In this document: positions 54,458 through 64,000 of the stretch, piece by piece
How positions within the stretch are numbered: the stretch's first letter is position 1
Layout: every line of letters begins with the position of its first letter
From: an uncultured delta proteobacterium
GTDB taxonomy: Bacteria > Desulfobacterota > RBG-13-43-22
Length of the DNA stretch: 64,000 bases
Assembly: GCA_963743305.1 (NCBI GenBank)
Contig: CAVUPH010000010.1
Coordinates: 96,001 to 160,000, forward strand
Direction of reading: 5' to 3'
Notes under the pieces: generated by a model
Database searches by the model: none
Seen by the model: the letters and a program-made list of their open reading frames with translations, nothing else
Told to the model about the DNA's origin: nothing
Translations under genes and position numbers: made by a program

Positions 54458-55252
54458 CTAGAAGGCGGCGGTCAGGATAACCCCGCCGTAAATAAAGTCG
54501 TTATTGTCGCTCAGGCTGGTGCCCCGGATGCGGTTTTTGGCGTCATCCGACAGGGCCACCGAGTAGCTGATCACCGGTTTGACCGAAAAATACTTGCCGA
54601 AGGGAACGGTCAGCCCCACCGAAAAATTTCCGTCGTGGAGGGCGTTGTATTTGTCGGCGGTCGGCAGCCGATTGGAATCATACTTCAGGATTTTATCGGT
54701 GTCGGAAATCTGGTAGCCGATCCCCGCCCCCAGGTCCAAGGTGATTTCCTTGGTCAGGTTAAAGGAGTGACTGACGCCCAGGTTCAGGTACCAGCCTGGA
54801 TAGTTGGCGACTTCCCGATAAATGGACAGGGTGGGGGAGAGCAGGAAATTCCCCCCGATCTTTAAGAACACTTCCTGGGAGTCCTCCACCCCTTCAAGGG
54901 CATAGTAGATATATCCGCCGGTCAGTTTTACCGGGCCCAGATCATGGGTATAGGACAAGGTCAGGTCCGTCTCGTTCCATTTGGCCTTTTCGGCCCCGGT
55001 GAATTTGTCATTGGTGTCCAGGTTGCCCCAGAGGTTGGCTTCAAAGCCCCGGTAGCCGACCGTGATCGAGGGTTGGATGACCAGGCTGTCCTTGCTCAAT
55101 TCGTAGCCGCGCCAGACATACTTGCTGAGGAAGGCGGCGGAAACACTGGAATAGGGCTTAGGCTCCTCCTTTTTTTCTTCAGCCAGGGCCGGCAGGCTAA
55201 AGACCATCAGCAGGAACATGGAAATCAGCAGGCTTAGTAAACGTTTTCTCAT
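54458..55252 (-). CDS. TorF/TIGR02001-like outer-membrane beta-barrel
   Basis: Signal peptide, SKYVWRG, IQP, ETD, GYIYY, terminal Phe. Confidence 0.75.
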   Translation of the reverse strand: MRKRLLSLLISMFLLMVFSLPALAEEKKEEPKPYSSVSAAFLSKYVWRGYELSKDSLVIQPSITVGYRGFEANLWGNLDTNDKFTGAEKAKWNETDLTLSYTHDLGPVKLTGGYIYYALEGVEDSQEVFLKIGGNFLLSPTLSIYREVANYPGWYLNLGVSHSFNLTKEITLDLGAGIGYQISDTDKILKYDSNRLPTADKYNALHDGNFSVGLTVPFGKYFSVKPVISYSVALSDDAKNRIRGTSLSDNNDFIYGGVILTAAF

Positions 55253-55336
55253 TTTCTTTTTCTCCTTAGGGTTGCTTTAGATTTTTTTTAAACGTCGTTG
55301 GGGATCCGGATCCAACGTTTGCTGATTGGCAGAGAA

Positions 55337-55352
55337 TGCAGGGATCGTGCCA
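55337..55352 (-). promoter_or_regulatory. sigma54 promoter of porin-PII-like-nifA
   Basis: Minus strand TGGCAC-GATCC-CTGCA. Confidence 0.82.
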
Positions 55353-55430
55353 TAAAGGGGAAAGTTGATTATATGTCTATTATTCAATGGGTTATTCGAT
55401 TTATGGGCGGGAATGGTCTCGGAAGATATA

Positions 55431-55473
55431 ATCCAAAAATGTAAATACAATTTATAAATTTACATTATTGTAA
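55431..55473. promoter_or_regulatory. Twin enhancer-like boxes upstream of porin promoter
   Basis: ATCCAAAAATGTAA (55431) and TTACATTATTGTAA (55460). Confidence 0.65.
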
Positions 55474-55541
55474 TTAATCAGCGAGTAGGCGGAGGGGAGA
55501 ATGGAAGAGCTGTTTTTTTTTCGAAAAAGTTCGGAAGAGGG

Positions 55542-56753
55542 TTAAACCTTGAGCGGTTTTATGCGGCGAATGAGGAAGGAAGAGATCAAAGCGAAACAAC
55601 CCAGGTAGGTAAAGACCAGTGAGAAGTTGCCCCCACTGGAGTCCAACAGGTAACCGCTCAGGGAAGGTCCGATCAGGCCGGCCACGAAACCGTAGGCGGT
55701 GAAGACCAGACCGAAGATGGCCCCGAAATGTCTTAGCCCAAAGCAGTCCACGGCCAGGGGGGCGGAGACCGCAAAGAGGGTCCCGAAAGCGAAGCCGATA
55801 ACCGCGGCCAAAAGGGCCGCCGTACCCCATCCGTTGACGTGCGGCAGCAGAAGATACGCACACCCGGCCGACAGGAAGGTCAAACTCATTCCGGCCGTGC
55901 GGCTGATTTTATCGGAAAGATATCCCATGATCAGGCGGCTGAAGCCGTTGGTCAGGTTGAAGGCCGTCAGGATTATCACAGCCGAAGGGGGGCCAACTCC
56001 TCGGGAAAGACCGAAAGGGACGGCCAGGGAGACCATGGCGATACCCGCCGCGCCCATCAGCGCCCAAGTCAACCAGAGAAACCAGAAAGATCCTGATCGG
56101 ATGGCTTCCCGAACGGACACCACCGCACCGGGTAAGGGGACTGGCGCTGGACCCTCCTCGGCTTGCCTTTCAAAAGGTTTTTCAACCCGTTCCGGTACTT
56201 CAGTCATCTGAGCAAAGGCCAGACCCATAATGAGTGCGCTCCAGCCCAGAATCAGGTTCATGGAAACATATCCCCAGCGTTGTAGCAGGGTGCCGAACAG
56301 GGGGGCCATGATCGCCGCCGAGAGACCGAAAACCAGGTTGACAATGCCGGACACCAACCCCCTCCGGGCCGGGAACCAGCGCTGCACGGTGGTCAGGCCC
56401 GGGATATAAATAAAGCAAGAGGCGGCGCCGTTGAAAAAAGCCCAAAGGTAGACCAGCCAGAGGCGATCGGCATAGGCGATCAGAAAAGTGTTCAGGCCGC
56501 AAAGCAGGGCGCCGAGCGTGATCAGTTTGCGGGTGCCCCAATGCTCCTGCCAGCGCCCGACGAAAAACATGAAAAAGCCCACGGCAGCCAGGACAAAAAA
56601 GAGGGTGTTCCCAATCGCCCCCCGACCGACACCGAACTTCTGCTGCCATAAGGGGCCCATGACCCCGGGGTACCCGAAGATGAAGGCCCCGGGCCAAAAG
56701 ATGGCCGCCGCGCTGCCGGTTACCGCTAAAATTCCCCGGGTTTTGTGTTTCAA
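55542..56753 (-). CDS. MFS transporter, oxalate/formate antiporter-like
   Basis: About 12 hydrophobic segments, WFP.RRG..SG, N...R...G.LSD, FG.RHFG. Confidence 0.85.
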   Translation of the reverse strand: MKHKTRGILAVTGSAAAIFWPGAFIFGYPGVMGPLWQQKFGVGRGAIGNTLFFVLAAVGFFMFFVGRWQEHWGTRKLITLGALLCGLNTFLIAYADRLWLVYLWAFFNGAASCFIYIPGLTTVQRWFPARRGLVSGIVNLVFGLSAAIMAPLFGTLLQRWGYVSMNLILGWSALIMGLAFAQMTEVPERVEKPFERQAEEGPAPVPLPGAVVSVREAIRSGSFWFLWLTWALMGAAGIAMVSLAVPFGLSRGVGPPSAVIILTAFNLTNGFSRLIMGYLSDKISRTAGMSLTFLSAGCAYLLLPHVNGWGTAALLAAVIGFAFGTLFAVSAPLAVDCFGLRHFGAIFGLVFTAYGFVAGLIGPSLSGYLLDSSGGNFSLVFTYLGCFALISSFLIRRIKPLKV

Positions 56754-56827
56754 CGCACCCCTCAGAACTTAATAGTATTTCGTTTTCCCTTCGGACACTA
56801 GACCGTGGGGCTTGACCCTCAGTCCCC

Positions 56828-57466
56828 TCACATAACCGTTCGTTGCCCCAAACCGGCCTCCTGAATCAGAAAGTCCGCCAATAGCCACCCTAGGATAGCC
56901 AGGCATTCCATGTCCAGAAATTTTTCCGCCCGGCGTTGAAACAGCAGGCTGCATTGGGCCGGGAAGTCCTCGTCCTCGTCGTTGAACAGCAGCAGGAGGG
57001 GTACCCGGGACAGGGCCTCGAAACGGGCGGAAAACTGGTAAGACAATTCCAGGTCCGGGGGAAGCGCCCCCAGTTGTTCGGCCGCTGCCCGCAGCGGACT
57101 AAGGCGGTTGGTAAAGTTCCGGGCGATGGCGCGCTCGCTGTTGTTGACAAAGCCGGTGACGAAAGGGGCGGCATCCTTGAAGTCCTTGTAGGACACCCAG
57201 TCTTCTCCGCCTGGAGGAACCTGTCCGGGTGAGAGGATGAGGTATTTCAAAAGGACCACGCTGACGGCATGCATGGGTTCCAGGCCCGAAGGATTGAAAA
57301 TCCCCCGGGGCGAGACCCGGTAGACTCGCCTGAAAAAAGGGATGAAGGCTTCCCCCTGTTCTACCCGGAGACCCAGGAGCTCGGCAATTCGGCCCAGATC
57401 GAGTTGAGCCACTTGGTTCAGGTAATTTCGGACCGTTTCCTCGAAAATCGGCGCTTGGTTGCTCAT
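56828..57466 (-). CDS. DUF3786-like protein
   Basis: LLKYL, WVSYKDF, LSRVP, DEDFPAQCSLLF, LDME. Confidence 0.7.
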   Translation of the reverse strand: MSNQAPIFEETVRNYLNQVAQLDLGRIAELLGLRVEQGEAFIPFFRRVYRVSPRGIFNPSGLEPMHAVSVVLLKYLILSPGQVPPGGEDWVSYKDFKDAAPFVTGFVNNSERAIARNFTNRLSPLRAAAEQLGALPPDLELSYQFSARFEALSRVPLLLLFNDEDEDFPAQCSLLFQRRAEKFLDMECLAILGWLLADFLIQEAGLGQRTVM

Positions 57467-57480
57467 CGACGGCTCCTAAG

Positions 57481-58455
57481 TTACTTTCTTTTTGCTTTTT
57501 GAAAAGGCTCTTCCCGATGGAAATCAGGAAAGTATACCTCGGAACTGTCCAAATCCTGAATGTACACTTCCGCGAAACCAAATCTCTCGACCAGATCCAA
57601 AGCCTTTTGATATTCCCTTTTATTGAGCGATCGGGAAAGCGGGGGATGATCCCCGGCCTGGTGGATGGGCCGGTATTGGGCCATGAGACTGAGTGGAATC
57701 CGCGGGGAGATTTCCAATAAGTCCTGGAGCACGACCGAGGTGCCGGAAAGATTCCCCGGGAGCACCAGGTGCCGAACCAACAACCCCCGGAAGGCCAGGC
57801 CCTCTCCATCTGTTTTCAGGGGGCCGGTCTGGGCGAACATTTCGCGAACGGCCTGCCGGTTTAGGGAAGTATAGCCGGGGGCCTGGGAGAGTTGTTCTGC
57901 CGTTTCATCGGTCCCGTATTTCATATCCGGCAGGTAGATATCGACGATGCCGTCCAGCAATTTCAGCAAGGGGAGTGACAGGTAGCCATGGGTATTATAG
58001 ACAATAGGTAAAATAAGCCCCCGGGGAATGGCGACTTCCAGGGCCTCCAGAATAAAAGGCCAATGGGGCGTGGGAGACACCAGGTCCAGGTTATGGCAAC
58101 CGCGTTGCTGCAGATCCAGAAAAATGTCCGCCAGGGCGACCGCGGACACTTCCTCTCCCAGGCCTTCCTGACTGATCTGGTAGTTCTGGCAATAGAGACA
58201 GCGTAGGGCGCAACCGGTAAAAAAAACCGTGCCCGCACCACGGCTGCCCGTCAGCGGCGGTTCCTCTCCGAAATGGGGCAGGGCCTTGGCCACCCGGGCC
58301 CCGGCCCCTTGGCCGCAAAACCCGGTTTGGCCGGAGAGACGGTCGACGCGGCATTCCCGGGGGCACAACCGGCAAGAGTCCAGGAGGTCCCCGGCCTTTT
58401 TTACCCGTTCAGAAAAGGCCCCGGTTTCCCAGAGGCGCAGATAGGATGGTTCCAT
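57481..58455 (-). CDS. PflX-like radical SAM protein
   Basis: CRLCPREC.VDR, HFGEEP, CALRCLYCQN..ISQ, DIYLPDMKY, LVRHLVLP, MAQYRP. Confidence 0.9.
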   Translation of the reverse strand: MEPSYLRLWETGAFSERVKKAGDLLDSCRLCPRECRVDRLSGQTGFCGQGAGARVAKALPHFGEEPPLTGSRGAGTVFFTGCALRCLYCQNYQISQEGLGEEVSAVALADIFLDLQQRGCHNLDLVSPTPHWPFILEALEVAIPRGLILPIVYNTHGYLSLPLLKLLDGIVDIYLPDMKYGTDETAEQLSQAPGYTSLNRQAVREMFAQTGPLKTDGEGLAFRGLLVRHLVLPGNLSGTSVVLQDLLEISPRIPLSLMAQYRPIHQAGDHPPLSRSLNKREYQKALDLVERFGFAEVYIQDLDSSEVYFPDFHREEPFQKAKRK

Positions 58456-58457
58456 AT

Positions 58458-58826
58458 CTAGTAACGATTGTCGCCGTCGAGCAGCCCACCCAGGCTTCCC
58501 AGGATAGAACCCTCTTCTCTTCTCCCCCCTTTCTGCGGGGCGGCCTGGAGCATCCGGCCGGCCAGTCTGGAGAAGGGCAGCGATTGGAGCCAGATCCTCC
58601 CGGGGCCTCTCAGGGATGCGAAGAAGAGACCTTCCCCGCCGAAGAGGGCCGTTTTGATCCCTCCGGCCTGCTGAATGTCGAAATCCACCGTGGATATGGG
58701 AACCCAGGAGTCAAATCCTTCCCTCCAGGCGTAACCGTGAGGATTCTGCCTCGCCTGCGCCGAGGCCTGGGCCTGGTCCAGGGGACCGAGTTGCTTGCCG
58801 TCGTAGTTCAAATACCACATGGCCAT
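58458..58826 (-). pseudogene. GYF_2 domain fused to only the C-terminal end of a TIGR00266/AIM24 protein
   Basis: WY....GKQLGP...WREG...W then directly VDFDIQ...[35 protein letters not shown]. Confidence 0.7.
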
Positions 58827-59133
58827 TCATCATCCTCCCGTCGTCTTGGCCATTTAAACGTTGGCCTGAGGGAGCGGCTTCATCCTCCGCTCCCGATGTA
58901 TCCTATCAATGGGTGCCGCGTTAAGACCGAACCTGCCGTCGAGGACCTCGGAGAAAGCCGCCCGTGAAATCGCCGCACGATGGGCCGGCTGGTGCAGTTA
59001 CGCCGCGTTTTACCTGTGGATGATCCTCCAGAGTCGGGCACTGTAGTCCCGGTGCCTGATTATCGGATCATGTTCTTATTATCCGGAAAGGTGTTGGCCG
59101 GGGGGGTGGAACCACCGGCCTTCATGCTCCTGC

Positions 59134-59412
59134 TCAGCCCAGTGGCCCGACCAGAAGAAACAAGGGCGAAACCAGGATCAAGGTCGAAACGATCCACCAC
59201 TGGGCTTCCTCGGCATTTCCCTTCTTTTTTTCGCCGATCGCCTTGATTGCCGTGGCGATGGCGGCACCCAGGGCGATGAAGACGACCGCCAAGGCCAGGT
59301 AGCCTCGGTTCGCGCAGCCAAAAACATATTTCGGGGTAAAGTAAAGACCGACAAGCAAAGCCGGCGCCAGCGAGGGGTGGAGCAAATGTCTGATTAATTT
59401 TTTCTTCAACAT
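59134..59412 (-). CDS. Small membrane protein, three hydrophobic helices
   Basis: YFTPK.VFGCANRG motif between hydrophobic segments. Confidence 0.55.
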   Translation of the reverse strand: MLKKKLIRHLLHPSLAPALLVGLYFTPKYVFGCANRGYLALAVVFIALGAAIATAIKAIGEKKKGNAEEAQWWIVSTLILVSPLFLLVGPLG

Positions 59413-59483
59413 CGAAAAGCCCTCATTAATTGGCGGAGGGTCGGACCAATCCCGCTCAGAAGCTTCCGGTTCCCCCCCCATTT

Positions 59484-60702
59484 TCACTTGGGCATCGCCC
59501 TGGCCAGCCAATCAAACATGCGCTGATCGTAAAGAGCGCGGGCCTTGGGCTGGCAATGCCAATTGGCCCCTTCTTCAGCCGTGAAGCGTACGATGGTCTT
59601 GGGGCAAACCAGCGCGTCATAGACTTCTTGGGACTGCCCGGGCCAGAACTGCTCATCCTCGGGATCGGCGATGAACATAGGGCAATGTATTTGCCGGATG
59701 ACGTCCCGGGCGTTGTATTGCCGCACCTTTTTGAACATTTGATAGAAGCTCCGGGTCTGGTACGGTTTCATCCGCCAGACAACGTTCTGGCGCACCGCCT
59801 CCCCGGCCTGTCGGAGACCCTCCTCCATGAACGCGTTGAATTCCTTTTCCGCCCCGGCCTCAAGCAGTTCCCTCATCTCCGAGGGAAGTTCCCGAAAAAA
59901 AGTCACGGAAACATCCATTACCCCCGGGTCGACCATACCGGCCGCGATCCGGTGTTCGAAGGCCAGGGCGCGCAGGACCCAGTAGCCGGCCTGGCTGATT
60001 CCTGAAAGGGCAATCCGCCGGGGGTCGACGTCTTCGCGCTTTAGGAGGAAGTCCACGACCGGCGTGATGACTTTTTCCCAGTCAGGACGAAAAGGAATAT
60101 TCTGGAGCCACAACAGGGCGTTCTGACCGGGGCCGTCAAAAACCAAGGCGGCATATCCCCGCTCCAACGCCCCGGCCACGCCGCAGGTCCACATTCCGGC
60201 GGTAGGGCCGTCACTGCCGTTATTAAAGATAATCGTGGCCCAGGGGCCGCCGGATTGGGCGGGAAGGAATAAGTAACCAGGTAACGAGAGTCCTTCGTAG
60301 GGGATTCTGACCAGTTCGGCCGGTGGGGTCAAGCAGGAACAGAACCGCTCCCAGCAGTTCAGATGTCTGCTTCCAGGCCGGTAGGCCTCTCGCCGGGTCC
60401 TTGGTCCCGTCTATAAAAATAGCCGAGGCTGAAAAATAGGTTGCGGCCCGCAGGAAGGCCTTCCTCGCGCTTACCGAATGGCCCGCGGAGGCGCATTGTT
60501 CGGCTATTCCCTGAAGGCGCTCGGCCAGAGCAAACCACTCCTGATACCATTGCTCGAAATCCCCCGACGGGATGCGTTCAACCGCCGCCAGAATTTCCCC
60601 GGCATCCGCCGCCCCGTAGTGGCAACAACCGAGGAGGATCTGGGTTTCAAAGTCCATCTGTTCATGTTCCAGGAAATAGTGTTTAGGTTTTATAACGCGC
60701 AT
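59484..60702 (-). CDS. Alpha/beta hydrolase (S9/FrsA-like); frameshift near 60365
   Basis: LRAATY, IPYEG..LPGYL, NGSDG, FDGPGQ, GISQAG nucleophile, HCQ; one extra A joins the two ORFs. Confidence 0.85.
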
Positions 60703-60848
60703 GGTGTTCAGCCTTTCTAACTTACGGGCCTAGCGAATTTCACTTTGTCGCCCCTCTGGCCGAGTGCTACAGCGCTTCGACTGGAAAATGCCGGGTGCAT
60801 TTGTTTACCATCCGATCTTAACTTGAATTGATTTGGCTTTCAAAAAAA

Positions 60849-61340
60849 TTAGTCTAAATCCAGCTTGGCCTTGCACTGGTTACAGACCACAACGCCCCGG
60901 AAAACTTGATGGCCGCAGTCGGGACAAACGTAGCGGGCTTCTTCATCCTGAATCCATTTTTCAGTTCCAACCTCCCGCCAATAGGGGATAGCCCGCAAAA
61001 TAACCTTTTTGCCGATCGTCATGGGAAAACTCATAATGTGTGGGCAGGGAAATTCCTCGCACTGATGGCATCCAGTGAAGCCTTTTCCTTGGGCGCAATC
61101 CCTGATCTCGCACTGCCGGCAATGCATAAATCGTTCATCGGACAAGCAGCCGCGGCACTTGATATCTTCTATGGAAAGGCTTTCACTATTGGGAAGAGTG
61201 CCCTTGCCGGATATTTCTCCCTGATACAGTTTCACCAACCGCTCTTTGAATTTAAGATTGTTATCCCGGTGGGCCATATAAATAGCACAAACTCCGCAAT
61301 AAAGGCCGCAGGGGGAAACAAAATCCGGATTTATAGTCAT
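60849..61340 (-). CDS. DUF3795-like Cys-rich protein
   Basis: PCGLYCGVC, CRGC, C..C.IRDC, C.QC.EFPC, C-terminal ribbon. Confidence 0.8.
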   Translation of the reverse strand: MTINPDFVSPCGLYCGVCAIYMAHRDNNLKFKERLVKLYQGEISGKGTLPNSESLSIEDIKCRGCLSDERFMHCRQCEIRDCAQGKGFTGCHQCEEFPCPHIMSFPMTIGKKVILRAIPYWREVGTEKWIQDEEARYVCPDCGHQVFRGVVVCNQCKAKLDLD

Positions 61341-61479
61341 TATTCAGGCCTCCAATTTATCATTTTGACGCTTCGCCCTTTCGGGTGGGTAGACCCTCCT
61401 ATGTGGAATGGACGAAGGGTATCGGCGAAAGGGTATGCCCAATTGCTTTTTGGGTTCCAAGCCGGCCCTCGGATTTCCT

Positions 61480-62451
61480 TCACGGCCTAATGGCTTCCAA
61501 CTCCTCTTCTATCACGGCCTGCAGTAAGGGAACTTTATAGCCGTTTTTTGACAGGGGTTCGGCCTTTTGGACGGCTGCCGCTCCGGCCCTGGCGATCGTT
61601 TCCGCTGTTAATTCCCGGCCGGTTATTTCTTCTTCTGCTTCCTGCGCCCGCCAGGGAACCGGTGCGACTCCGCTCAGGAATATCCGCGACTTGGCCACCC
61701 GGACGCCGTCAAAGGTCAGGGCCAGGGCGACGCCGGTCAGAGCAAAATCCCATGAGCGGCGGGCGCGGATTTTCCGGTAAGAGCTTTTCAACCCGGGCGG
61801 AGGCGTGGGGATCAGAATCTCGGTGACCATTTCATCAGGCCCGATCACTGTCTCCCGGGTCGGGTCAACGGCCGGAAGTACAAAAAACTCCTCCACTTTC
61901 ACCATCCTGGCTCCTTGCGGGCCGGTCACGCCCACCCGGGCCTCAAGCGCTGCCAGGACCGGGGCCGTATCGGAGGGGTGAACGATGTAGCAGCCGTCGC
62001 CGCCGAAGAGGCAATGGTACTGGTTCTCCCCCGAATAAGCAAAACAGGTCCCGCCGCCTTTCCGGGTGCAATGAAATTCACCGCGGTAGTACCAGCAACG
62101 GGGTTTCTGGCAGAGGTTGCCGCCGATGGTGCCCTGGTTGCGCAAAGGGGGGCTGGCCACCTCTCCTGCCGCCCGGGCCAGGCCGGGGAAAAGCCTCTTG
62201 ATCTGCGGGTTTTCGGTCACCTCTGTAATCGTAGTCAGCGCTCCGATCCTGAGGGCGCCGCCTTTCTCGCTGATGCCCTTCAGATCCTTGATGCCGTTGA
62301 TACTGACCACTTTTTTCACAGGAAAGATCCGTTCCCGGAGGCATCCGAGAAGATCCGTTCCTCCGGCATGTATTTTCGATCCCGGAGTCGAAAGCTGTTT
62401 GACCCCGTCTTCAACCCGTTTAACGCTGATATACTGGAAAGATTGGATCAT
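61480..62451 (-). CDS. Xanthine dehydrogenase-family FAD subunit (YagS/PaoB-like)
   Basis: AGGTDL, LRIGALTT, LRNQGTIGGNLCQKPRCWYYR, HPSD. Confidence 0.92.
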   Translation of the reverse strand: MIQSFQYISVKRVEDGVKQLSTPGSKIHAGGTDLLGCLRERIFPVKKVVSINGIKDLKGISEKGGALRIGALTTITEVTENPQIKRLFPGLARAAGEVASPPLRNQGTIGGNLCQKPRCWYYRGEFHCTRKGGGTCFAYSGENQYHCLFGGDGCYIVHPSDTAPVLAALEARVGVTGPQGARMVKVEEFFVLPAVDPTRETVIGPDEMVTEILIPTPPPGLKSSYRKIRARRSWDFALTGVALALTFDGVRVAKSRIFLSGVAPVPWRAQEAEEEITGRELTAETIARAGAAAVQKAEPLSKNGYKVPLLQAVIEEELEAIRP

Positions 62452-62455
62452 CGTC

Positions 62456-64000
62456 TCAGACCTCCTTCCGGACCTTGGCCAGTTTTTCGCAGAGGGTGAC
62501 GGGATTGATGGGGCTGACCGTCATTCTCAGGCCCGTGGCGTGGTAGACGGCATTGGCAATGGCCGCGGCCGTGGGGATCGTCACCGGTTCCCCTAAACCT
62601 TTGCTGCCCGTCGAGTTGGCCTCGTCATCGGGCCTGTCTATGGGCAGGGAGACGATCCGGCCGGGCACGTCGAGGGCCGTGGGCAGCTTGTAATCATGCC
62701 AATTTCTGTTGACCATCTTCCCGGTCTGTTCGGCGTCAAGGACTCTCATTTCCGTCAGGGCCAGGCCCACCCCCATGGTGATGCCTCCTCCCACCTGATT
62801 GTCATAGGTGAGCCGGTCCATGACCCGACCGCTATCGTTGGCGCTGAGGAAGCGGATAATCCGGACTTCGCCCGTCCTCATATCGCACTCCACCTCGCAG
62901 AACTGGGCGCAAAAGGGGTTGACAAATTTGTTCTTGGGATTGGGTCCCCGGTGGCCGATGCCGACAACCACCCCCTGGGCCTTGAGCCCCGGTATATCGG
63001 TTATATTGATCTTCTTGGAGGGATCTTTTCCATCCAAGACCGCCCCCTGCCTGATCGTCAGGGCCGACGGATCGGTCTTCAGCTCCTCCGCCGCCAACTC
63101 CAGGATCTGACGCTTTACGTCGATGGCCGCCGCCCGCACGGCCGGCGACTCGGTCGGCACGGTCTTGCTGCCTCCACTGGCGGTGGCATATTGGGTGGTT
63201 CCCGTATCGGCATGCTCGATCTGGATGGACTCAGGCTTAATGCCCAGTTCTTCGGCCACAACCAGGGCCATGACGGTCTTCGTACCGGTCCCGATATCGC
63301 TGGCCCCCATGTTCAGGTTGACGCTGCCGTCGGAGAAGAGCCTGACAATGACGGTGGAAGGCGGTCCGCCTCCGCCGACAAACCAGGTGGAGCCGGCCAT
63401 GCCCACTCCCCGGCGTATCATGACGTTCTTGGGGGTCCGGGCGATTTCTTTACGCGCCTGGTCCCAGCCGAAGGCCTTGGCTCCTTCTTCGAGACACTCT
63501 TTTAAGCCCGTAGTCGTATACTCCGGATTCCCATTCCTGGTCTGGCTGAAGGTCGGGATGTTTTTGAGACGCAGCTCCACCGGGTCCATCCCGATATCCT
63601 CGGCCAGGGCATCCAGCATCTGTTCCAGTGCCCAGGCCCCCTGAGGATGGCCGGGCGCCCGAAACGGCCGGGCCGGGCCGGCATGGACATATACGTCCGA
63701 AAGCTCGGTTCGGACATTCGGGCAGAGGTACAACTCTTTGATGAGCCAGTCTACCAGGGCGGTTCCGCCCGCCGGAAAGGCGCCTCCCGTGCCGGTACAA
63801 GTAAAATGCAGGGCTGTGAGGGTGCCGTCTTTCTTCACCCCGGCCTTCAGCTTCATGTTCGCCGCGGGCCGGTTGCCCACGGCCAGATAGGTCTCCTCTC
63901 TGGTCAAAAAGAGCTTTACCGGCCGGCCCGTCTTTTTGGCCAGAAGGGCGGCAATAATCGTATATTTGTCGGCCTGGAGTTTGCTGCCGAATCCTCCTCC
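62456..64000 (-). CDS. Xanthine dehydrogenase-family molybdopterin subunit, C-terminal part
   Basis: GGGFGSK at window edge, FRAPG, DIGTG, GGS, Q..GG, DYKLPT, SKGLGE, AIANAV. Confidence 0.92.
   Translation of the reverse strand, partial: GGGFGSKLQADKYTIIAALLAKKTGRPVKLFLTREETYLAVGNRPAANMKLKAGVKKDGTLTALHFTCTGTGGAFPAGGTALVDWLIKELYLCPNVRTELSDVYVHAGPARPFRAPGHPQGAWALEQMLDALAEDIGMDPVELRLKNIPTFSQTRNGNPEYTTTGLKECLEEGAKAFGWDQARKEIARTPKNVMIRRGVGMAGSTWFVGGGGPPSTVIVRLFSDGSVNLNMGASDIGTGTKTVMALVVAEELGIKPESIQIEHADTGTTQYATASGGSKTVPTESPAVRAAAIDVKRQILELAAEELKTDPSALTIRQGAVLDGKDPSKKINITDIPGLKAQGVVVGIGHRGPNPKNKFVNPFCAQFCEVECDMRTGEVRIIRFLSANDSGRVMDRLTYDNQVGGGITMGVGLALTEMRVLDAEQTGKMVNRNWHDYKLPTALDVPGRIVSLPIDRPDDEANSTGSKGLGEPVTIPTAAAIANAVYHATGLRMTVSPINPVTLCEKLAKVRKEV

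Noticed and set aside
58830-59130. Short hairpins suggesting a riboswitch or attC site
   Set aside because: No recognisable aptamer or paired attC core sites; an Rfam scan would be needed
60703-60848. GTTAG next to the hydrolase start resembling an integron cassette boundary
   Set aside because: No matching inverse core, integrase or repeated sites

Overview
GC-rich bacterial chromosome segment from an anaerobe; gene content and protein style suggest Desulfobacterota/Syntrophales-like deltaproteobacteria (inference). Nearly all genes lie on the minus strand. The core (about 20.3-55.5 kb) is a nitrogen super-cluster. It holds a TorF-like porin, a degenerate PII, nifA, and group II nifH-I1-I2-D-K-E-N-B-fdx. 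It also holds two amtB-glnK units, a glnB-glnD-glnA-glnE-glnA2 operon, and an unusual mvhD-metV-metF run. That run is followed by a split glutamate synthase with two FMN-domain paralogs (one apparently non-catalytic) and no gltD. Four sigma54 promoters share a near-identical architecture: -12/-24 box, an IHF-like site about 29 bp further, and twin TTACA-N4-TGTAA-like boxes about 79 and 108 bp further. nifH has a fifth sigma54 promoter with different boxes. The left flank has hemL/ahbB/modE-like/fdhE, mscL, a two-component pair, RNase E/G, a CoA-activase fusion, a hybrid kinase and a lower-GC B12 radical SAM gene. The right flank has an MFS transporter, PflX-like radical SAM, a hydrolase and xanthine dehydrogenase-family subunits. 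Seven single-base frameshifts (probably sequencing errors) and several internally deleted gene remnants are present. No rRNA, tRNA, CRISPR or transposase was recognised. All calls come from reading motifs by eye; no database search was run.
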